Program-made: the position numbers and the translations under genes | Shown here: positions 57,338 through 64,000 of the stretch, in pieces | How the letters are laid out: the number at the start of each line of letters is the position of its first letter | Position numbering within the stretch: the stretch's first letter is position 1 | Notes under the pieces: model-generated | What the model saw: the letters and a program-made list of their open reading frames with translations, nothing else | Told to the model about the DNA's origin: nothing | Databases searched by the model: none | Source of the DNA: an uncultured virus (IMG/VR IMGVR_UViG_3300034073_004395) | Taxonomy: Duplodnaviria > Heunggongvirae > Uroviricota > Caudoviricetes | Virus record (IMG/VR): IMGVR_UViG_3300034073_004395 | DNA: 64,000 nucleotides | Strand: one strand, 5' to 3'

Positions 57338-59374
57338 CTAGAACCAATCCTCCTGGTCTTCCTTTTCGGGAAGATTTTCATTGAGAACCATGGAAACAGG
57401 CGGAGCAGTTTGCAGTTCTTCCTGGTCGGGAGCAATATTTTGCTCTTCATTGGGAGAACTGAAATTCAGATCGGGGCCTTGGTAGTCCCATGAGTGGTAC
57501 ATGCGGGTGCGTTCGTCATGCGGGCCAACAATGAAACTGCTAGTAATAAGCCCTTGACGACGGGCCATCTCTAGCAGCTTGCCAGTGGTGACATTCTCAT
57601 TCATGCCAGTTCCCAGTGACACCTGCTGTTTGCTGAAACGCTCGTGCGGACGCATGTTCACATAGTTGGCCACACGATCCAGCTCAGCAATGGAATTACC
57701 AAGCGGACCGGCATAGTCCCATCCATAATTCACGGCATTGCGCTTTAAGACGTGTTTACCAGCTAAGCCACTCCTGCTCTTCACCCATTCCAAGATAAAC
57801 TGATTTTGATCGTAGTTGCCCTCTTGGCGATAGAGCTTCACCACTTCACTCACATTGTCAACAAAGCTAGAACTGTCACGAAGTCCACCTTGCCGGTTTA
57901 AGTGGTGGAGAATGACGATGGAGCATTTGTAGACATTAGCCATGTCCCGCAATGCATAGAGAGAATCACCCGCATTACTTTTAATGAGATCAACGTTCAT
58001 GCCAGCGAAACAAGCCGTGAGCGAGTCGATCACGACAAACACTGGACGATGCTTCTTGATGAAGCGCTCAAGCTGTTGCATATGAGCAAAGCGCCAGGTT
58101 TCCCAGAAGGAAATCATGCCAGGCTGAATGTTGGCTTCTTGATAGCCGATGATGGAAAGCTTTTCTTTGGTGTCTGACAATGGTTCGTCAGCAGAGATGA
58201 GGAGGCATTTGCCAGGCAGACAACGCCTGCCGCTCCACGATGAGCCAGTGGCCACGCCCAAGGCCCAGTTGTAAACCAAACTTGTCTTTCCTGTTCCCCC
58301 CTGCGCAGCAAGGAGAGTGACGCTACCAAGCGGAACGATGCCAGCAATCAACCACTCACGAACGGAATCATCATCAATAAGCTGCAGCACGTCAATGGTT
58401 TCTATTTCTTCTTTGCCAAATAAGCGAGAACGAGCCTCGTCAATCATCTTGTCAATATTTGCTTGCGGCATCTTCACGCCATGAGCTTCTAGCCATTTAG
58501 AAGCTTCAAACGCCACGCGAGCATCATTATCGAATAGTCCGACCATGCGCTCGAAGGTGCCAATGATTTCCTCATAGGAAGGAAGACCGTCTTTGCCTTC
58601 GTGGCGATCTTTTGAAACAATGGAGGAAAGGATTAGCTCTTGGTCTGCACCATCGTCAAGCCAATCAGCTAGGTCATAGCCGCCGTTCTGAGGAAGACTG
58701 TCCCATTCAAAATTGCCAGGATCGGCGTAAAGCCATTGCGCTCCGGGATTGTCTGAAGCCACTTCTCGCATGAGAGCAATGCCAGGCTCATCACGATCAG
58801 GACATAGAACAATCTTTTTGCCGCGAAACAGCAAGGAATAGTCGCCATTTGCGCGATACTGGCCACTTCCGCCAAGAAAAGTGACCGAGGGAATCCCGGT
58901 CTCCCATAGCCTGTCACAAGTGAGTTCCCCTTCAACAATAAAGATGGGAAGTCCCGTCACTTGTGAAGCAGTGAGGGCTTCATCAAAGCGATAGGGAAGA
59001 ATGGTGCTCCTTATTTCATCAATATACGCCTTGCGTTGATGCGCACCTTGTGGCACTGACGGATAGCTTTGCTTGATTGTTTTCTTGCCACTTGCGTCAT
59101 CGCGATGCACGTTAATAGTAGTTTCACCTTGCCTATTTTTGTAGGGGAAAGTGTAAGACTGTGGTTCACGAAGAGGGCGCTCCCAGCGATCAAGTGGAGC
59201 AAGGATGTTGCGAATTTCGGCGCGGTGCTTTGCTGAATCATCATTGAAACAGTTGTAGGCACCATTGTTGGTGTTGATGGAGAGGTCGTTGCCTCCGCAT
59301 GCCGGACAGATGTATTTCCCTGGATGATCGCTTGTCTCAAGCTTCTCAATGTGGTCCAGGATGGAGAATGCCAT
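57338..59374 (-). CDS. Primase-helicase (Zn finger, TOPRIM, RecA-type AAA_25)
   Basis: CPAC..C; VEGE..PDRD..G; AQGGTGKT; VVIDS; ILHH. Confidence 0.9.
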   Translation of the reverse strand: MAFSILDHIEKLETSDHPGKYICPACGGNDLSINTNNGAYNCFNDDSAKHRAEIRNILAPLDRWERPLREPQSYTFPYKNRQGETTINVHRDDASGKKTIKQSYPSVPQGAHQRKAYIDEIRSTILPYRFDEALTASQVTGLPIFIVEGELTCDRLWETGIPSVTFLGGSGQYRANGDYSLLFRGKKIVLCPDRDEPGIALMREVASDNPGAQWLYADPGNFEWDSLPQNGGYDLADWLDDGADQELILSSIVSKDRHEGKDGLPSYEEIIGTFERMVGLFDNDARVAFEASKWLEAHGVKMPQANIDKMIDEARSRLFGKEEIETIDVLQLIDDDSVREWLIAGIVPLGSVTLLAAQGGTGKTSLVYNWALGVATGSSWSGRRCLPGKCLLISADEPLSDTKEKLSIIGYQEANIQPGMISFWETWRFAHMQQLERFIKKHRPVFVVIDSLTACFAGMNVDLIKSNAGDSLYALRDMANVYKCSIVILHHLNRQGGLRDSSSFVDNVSEVVKLYRQEGNYDQNQFILEWVKSRSGLAGKHVLKRNAVNYGWDYAGPLGNSIAELDRVANYVNMRPHERFSKQQVSLGTGMNENVTTGKLLEMARRQGLITSSFIVGPHDERTRMYHSWDYQGPDLNFSSPNEEQNIAPDQEELQTAPPVSMVLNENLPEKEDQEDWF

Positions 59375-59606
59375 GGAGGGGAGTGGGAATGCCTCCGTTG
59401 TAGCAAGGAATTCAAGGGGCAACAGCCCCATAAATTAAAGTGATGCGAGATACGGCAATCGATAACTCATTGCAATACGTGCTCTGGTTGGCAGCTTTGA
59501 AAACTATGGCTAGTCTGGCCATGTTCCCGATGCCTCTCACCCATGGAACTTTGGCTGGCCGCCATTATCGGCTTTTCAGTCGGCTATCTGCTTGGCCCCT
59601 TGTTTT

Positions 59607-59849
59607 ATGACAAATAGCAACAAAGAACTGAAAAAGGGCCGCCATTTCAGCTTAACTGATACTGCCTACGCCCATCTCGGCAACATCGCCCATGAAGCTC
59701 GATTGAGCCTCAGCGAAACCCTAGAGCGGCTTGTACGCTCCACGCCCATCTGGGAAGGCAGTGCCACCTTGGCAAATGGCGCCTTCGATCTCATCGAAGA
59801 CTATTCCACGTCCCTTGAAACTGATTTCAATGAAAGTTTCCCAGCTTAA
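59607..59849 (+). CDS. Ribbon-helix-helix-like DNA-binding protein
   Basis: RHFSLTDTAYAHL..LSLSETLERLVR. Confidence 0.6.
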   Translation: MTNSNKELKKGRHFSLTDTAYAHLGNIAHEARLSLSETLERLVRSTPIWEGSATLANGAFDLIEDYSTSLETDFNESFPA

Positions 59850-60093
59850 ACTTGCCTGCGAAGAATTTCTTCTTGACCATGGCGATCAAGACGTAAAGCT
59901 TCTATGGGAGCAAGGCGTTATAGATGAAGGATTCGACTCAAAATACTACGAGCTTCCTACTGACATTCGCGCGGTTGCCGATTGGCCACTGCCTGGCAAG
60001 AGCATTATCACCAAGAACGAAGGTTCTGAGATGAGCGTTGATTTCGTCATTATGTATGGCGAATACATGAGCTTGCCGCAGTCGAAGCAGTGA
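59830..60093 (+). CDS. Hypothetical protein
   Basis: MKVSQLK..HGDQDV. Confidence 0.55.
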   Translation: MKVSQLKLACEEFLLDHGDQDVKLLWEQGVIDEGFDSKYYELPTDIRAVADWPLPGKSIITKNEGSEMSVDFVIMYGEYMSLPQSKQ

Positions 60094-61052
60094 ACCATTC
60101 CTTTATGCTCTACTCCCCGTCTGATTTTTCCTCCATGGACCCCGCCCAACAAGCCGCAATGGATCGTTATAACGGCATTTTCTCTCCGCTGGAGATTAGT
60201 GCTGAAGCCTTTAAAGCTGCCTACGACACGCCCGACATTGGCCCTCATATTGAGAAGGACTACAAGGGCTTGTCCTATTTGTCTTGGCCTTTTGCCTATC
60301 GCTATCTGAAGGAGCATTTCCCCACCTATTTTGTGGCCTTTGAAGAAAAGGCCATTGGGGAAGTGGTGTTTGGCACGCCAGGTGCTTACTATCTTCGCCC
60401 CTACCTCACTGATGGTTGCCGCCGTACTGTTGCATTGATCTTCCCGATCATGGACAGGAAGCACAATTCCATCAAAGAGCTTGATGGTCGTGCCATTTCT
60501 GACAACTGCCAGCGTGCTGCAGTAAAAGCTATTGCCACTTTTACTGGCCTTGGTCTGCGTCTCTATGCAGGAGAGGACATTCCTAAAGAAGATGAAAAAG
60601 GACCGGCCAAACTCCCGCTCCAACAGGAAGCTCCGAAGCAAGCTACGCGGACAAGCAAGGCGCCAACGGGAGCTAAAGCTCCTTCTGAGCCTGCTGGAGA
60701 AGGAGGGAATACTCCCGCCGCCGTGGCAGGGACCAGTGGAGAAGTGTTTGATGCTAAAACTGCCCTGACCACTATTTGCAAGGCCAATCCGTTTGGTTAT
60801 GCCGATGAAAAGGCAAGTATGGCTCTTGGCAAGGCTGCCCTAGAAGCCATTGGCTTGTCCCGTGCCACTGAAGTGAAGACGTGGCAGCAGTTCGGCAATG
60901 TGGCAGCAGCCATGATGACCGTATGGGCAAAGGAAGAACAAATGGTCATCACCAAAACGGAGATGACCAAAGAAATTGATCTTGTTCGTGCCTGTGACAC
61001 TACAGAAGCAATGGTTGAAGCAATGAAAGCTTTCGTTGCAAAAAAGCCATAG
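60090..61052 (+). CDS. Sak3/DUF1071-like single-strand annealing protein
   Basis: GLSYLSW..PIMD..QRAAVKAIA..GLGLRLYAGED. Confidence 0.8.
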   Translation: MNHSFMLYSPSDFSSMDPAQQAAMDRYNGIFSPLEISAEAFKAAYDTPDIGPHIEKDYKGLSYLSWPFAYRYLKEHFPTYFVAFEEKAIGEVVFGTPGAYYLRPYLTDGCRRTVALIFPIMDRKHNSIKELDGRAISDNCQRAAVKAIATFTGLGLRLYAGEDIPKEDEKGPAKLPLQQEAPKQATRTSKAPTGAKAPSEPAGEGGNTPAAVAGTSGEVFDAKTALTTICKANPFGYADEKASMALGKAALEAIGLSRATEVKTWQQFGNVAAAMMTVWAKEEQMVITKTEMTKEIDLVRACDTTEAMVEAMKAFVAKKP

Positions 61053-61240
61053 ATCTAGCAGCGGCCCGCTTTGCGCGGGCCTTTGCTGGAACCATTTGCA
61101 TCAATGAAGACCATGCTCCAATTGACAGCGTTCCTCCCAGCCTCTTTAGCTGACGATCCTCTTGGCTTGTTTCTGTTAGTTGCTTTTGCCTCTACAGCTC
61201 TAGCCTTGCTCATTCTGTTCCTTGCAAGTTTAGTTCTACC

Positions 61241-61787
61241 GTGAACGACCCTTCTCTTTCTCCATGGAAACATTCATGGAAGCATTCAATTACCAATCGC
61301 TATGGCGACCCAAGTTTTGACATTGAAGTGGTGAGCTACAAGGCAACTATATACGAAGTTGTCGAGGACTTTGCCTGCTATTTGATGGGCTGTGGCTATT
61401 CCCGTTCTCTCATTGTTGATGCCTTCAATGTACAAGCAGAAGAATTTGCAGACTTGTTGAAAGATGCTGACAAACAGACGGACGCTGATTGATGCTTGCC
61501 ATGAAGCATTCTGGAGCTTTCCTGAAGATACGCTTAGCAGCGATAAACGCATTGCTGCAATGCTGCTTGCTATTGCTGAATGCCCTGCCGCTGATCGAAC
61601 TTTTCTTTTTCAAACTGCACGGACTATTCTCATGCCCGATATTGCAATGTGCAAGGGCAACAAATGCCCTGTCAAGGAAGATTGCTGGCGTTACATGGCG
61701 CCCTCTGATCGCTTCCAAAGTTATTTTGCGACGCCGCCTTACACGGAAGAGGGCTGCGACTATTTCTGGGACATGAATGAAAAATGA
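61241..61787 (+). CDS. Two small hypothetical proteins (61241-61492; 61464-61787 with Cys-rich PDIAMC..CP..C.RY)
   Basis: ORF track, overlapping starts/stops. Confidence 0.5.
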
Positions 61788-62257
61788 AACCCTTTATCAT
61801 TGCCTCATTTGGTGGTGGTCCCCAATTCAACAAAAAATGGTTGGTGCCGCATGAATCGTTTAATCGTTTCAAGAGTCGCTACGAACTTGGTGATGTAGAG
61901 GGGTTTGGAGCTTCTTCCAAAGAATGGGACTTTCCATTTTTTGTTAACGCTTTAGCGTCTACTGGCTTTAGTCCCCAAAAGCGCCTCCATTACTCATCTT
62001 TTGACTTTACTTTTGTCAATCAATCAGTAAGTTGGCACAAGGATGATGGTTGTGGAATTTTAGTCGCGACATTAGTTGCACAATCTGAAAGCAAAGACCG
62101 CTGCGTGGGATCACGTCATGCGCTAATCACAAAACACGGAGAACTGCCTTTACAGCTAGGAGATATGTTTGTATTTAATGCATCATTACATCATGCTTGG
62201 ATTTCTTACGAAGCATGCGTATTAGCTTGTATAACAGTCAAGCGTAAGCGCAAATAA
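61784..62257 (+). CDS. 2OG-Fe(II)/cupin-like dioxygenase
   Basis: WHKD..GDMFVFNASLHHAW, HxD...H triad. Confidence 0.55.
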   Translation: MKPFIIASFGGGPQFNKKWLVPHESFNRFKSRYELGDVEGFGASSKEWDFPFFVNALASTGFSPQKRLHYSSFDFTFVNQSVSWHKDDGCGILVATLVAQSESKDRCVGSRHALITKHGELPLQLGDMFVFNASLHHAWISYEACVLACITVKRKRK

Positions 62258-63057
62258 TGCCCTGTTACGATCTATGTCTCGACGCCCTTTCGATGCCTTC
62301 TCTCGCCCGCTACGAACCCAATCGGCTTCAGATCAACAACCGTCGTTACTATTGCTTGCAAAATTTTCCAAATGCCCCAGAAGGCATTGTTTTGCCCTCT
62401 GTGACGACTATTGCGAGCGCGTGTTCGCCGCCTGGCAAGATTGCAGCGCTCATGAACTGGCGCAAGAAAGTAGGCAATGAAGAAGCCAATCGTCGTACAC
62501 GCTCTGCTGTAGAACGTGGCAATTGGCTTCATGGCGTGCTAGAAGATTTCTGGAACGGCGAGGACATCAACTGTCATCTTGACTCCCATCCATTGTTTGT
62601 TCCTTATTTCGACAGCATTGCCAACTTCCTAACTAGCGTGGCCAGTCCATTGTTGGTGGAAAGTGCCATTGCTTGGTATTGCCCCTCCACTGAAACTGGC
62701 TATTCGGGCACGTTTGACATGCTTGCGACCATGGGCAACGGTAATATCGCCTTGCTCGATTGGAAGACAAGCTACAAGCAAAAGCCTGATACGCAGTTAG
62801 GCGACTACCGCATGCAGCTCGGAGCTTATTCCCAAGCCATTGAGCAGATGTATGGCATCGAAATCAACGAGGCGCATTGCGCTATCGCCATTTACGATCC
62901 CGATACGGGCAAAGGACAGGAGGCTCAAATCGTGAGCCTTGATGGCACTGATCTTGCCATGCAGGCAGGGATCATGGCTCAGAAGACGCAACAGTACTTT
63001 TTCGAGCACTACCCTGGCGGACGCCCCTTAACCATTTCTATGGACCGTGGAGCTTGA
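62257..63057 (+). CDS. PD-(D/E)xK exonuclease
   Basis: PSVTTI..WRKKVG..RG.WLH..GTFD..DWKT..QLGAY. Confidence 0.85.
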   Translation: MPCYDLCLDALSMPSLARYEPNRLQINNRRYYCLQNFPNAPEGIVLPSVTTIASACSPPGKIAALMNWRKKVGNEEANRRTRSAVERGNWLHGVLEDFWNGEDINCHLDSHPLFVPYFDSIANFLTSVASPLLVESAIAWYCPSTETGYSGTFDMLATMGNGNIALLDWKTSYKQKPDTQLGDYRMQLGAYSQAIEQMYGIEINEAHCAIAIYDPDTGKGQEAQIVSLDGTDLAMQAGIMAQKTQQYFFEHYPGGRPLTISMDRGA

Positions 63058-63128
63058 CTCCCCGTCTGCACCAGCTATGCTTCTAGAGCCCCTCCAGGGC
63101 CGACCACTCTCCTTCTGAGGAACACTAC

Positions 63129-63413
63129 ATGCCCTCTGGCAATCTCCCCGTTTTCAGCGGTACTGTCGATCTCACCCCCGACATTCTGAATGCAGCCAAA
63201 AAGGCTGGTCCCAATGCACAAGGAAACTACAGCTTCCGCGTGGCACTGTGGAACAACGACAAGCGTGACAAGGACACAGCTCCTCATTTCAAAGGGCAAG
63301 TGACTGTCAACAAGATGGAAAATAGCCCTAAAGCTTATTCTTCCTTCTGGCAGAACGGCGAAAGCGCAGGTAGCAGCTTCGCATCATCTTCGTCTAACGA
63401 CGATCTGTTCTGA
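63129..63413 (+). CDS. Putative single-stranded DNA-binding protein
   Basis: VALW..PHFKGQV; acidic tail DDLF; follows annealase and exonuclease. Confidence 0.6.
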   Translation: MPSGNLPVFSGTVDLTPDILNAAKKAGPNAQGNYSFRVALWNNDKRDKDTAPHFKGQVTVNKMENSPKAYSSFWQNGESAGSSFASSSSNDDLF

Positions 63414-63613
63414 TGACGAAACGCTCCGAACCCACTGACTGGCCTGTCTATCTTTTGGCATTGGTCATTGCCTTGGGACTTAGTTTTGGAGCGGCATGTG
63501 TAGGGGCATGGGCGGTCCAGTCAATCTGGCCGTCTGTGCCCTTTTGGCCTGCCGCAATTTTGATTTGGCTCGTCATGGGCTTGTTTTCTCGCTCTTCAAA
63601 AAGTGCTTCTTAA
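63413..63613 (+). CDS. Small membrane protein
   Basis: Two hydrophobic segments. Confidence 0.5.
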   Translation: MTKRSEPTDWPVYLLALVIALGLSFGAACVGAWAVQSIWPSVPFWPAAILIWLVMGLFSRSSKSAS

Positions 63614-64000
63614 CGACAAGCAAATTAGCATTCTTGCTGAAAACGACATCATCTTTCCTTTCACTGGAGAGAAGCGTCGTGAATTAGACAATGGTACGAA
63701 AGCATTGTCTTACGGACTGTCTCACGCTGGTTATGACCTGCGCCTTTCTCCTGAAGGCTTTATGGTCATTGATAACAGCGTAAGTAAGGACTTCCCTCTG
63801 GATGTGAAAAGCTTCGACACGGAGCTGATGGAAGAGCAGACGCCTCGGCAAGAAAATGGCAGCACGTTCTTTGTGCTTCCGCCTTTTTCCTACGCTCTTG
63901 GCGTTAGCCTTGAACGCATCTCGATGCCTAACAATGTGATGGGCATCACGGATGGGAAGTCAACGTATGCTCGTCAAGGGACCATTCTTAACGTCTGCCC
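63603..64000 (+). CDS. dcd: dCTP deaminase (partial)
   Basis: GTG start; LLNDKQI..SYGLS..GYDLRL..GKSTYARQG. Confidence 0.88.
   Translation, partial: MLLNDKQISILAENDIIFPFTGEKRRELDNGTKALSYGLSHAGYDLRLSPEGFMVIDNSVSKDFPLDVKSFDTELMEEQTPRQENGSTFFVLPPFSYALGVSLERISMPNNVMGITDGKSTYARQGTILNVC

Noticed and set aside
1..64000. Integrase, photosynthesis genes, DNA polymerase, HIP1 enrichment
   Set aside because: None recognised in this window; lifestyle cannot be determined from it

Overview
This is a 64-kb segment of a tailed dsDNA phage, very likely a siphovirus-like phage of picocyanobacteria. The host call rests on a cyanophage-type small class I RNR, a glutamine-riboswitch/DUF4278 unit, RpaB-like boxes and SD-less pyrimidine-rich leaders. 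1-23 kb (minus strand) holds tail fibres, tail tip, tape measure, frameshifted tail chaperone, neck genes and a DUF2184/DUF2213-type head. 24-30 kb is a glycosyltransferase/sugar-epimerase cluster inside the head module, followed by minor head protein, portal and a divergent GIY-YIG + terminase unit. 35.7-43 kb carries tRNA-Leu, several structured RNAs, a two-frame C5 methyltransferase, RNR and endonuclease VII. The most striking feature is a sharply bounded ~3.5-kb island (43.5-47.0 kb) with an extremely reduced nucleotide vocabulary. It still encodes about 8 apparently real genes, including a GP88-family protein, driven by two promoters with RpaB/HLR1-like boxes. It is bracketed by TATGCG/CGCATA motif blocks and a 14-site GATC array, suggesting a specialised first-injected or terminal region. 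47.5-64 kb holds small early genes, an RlpA-like lysin, primase-helicase, recombination genes and a partial dcd. All family assignments are by-eye motif recognition; no searches were run.
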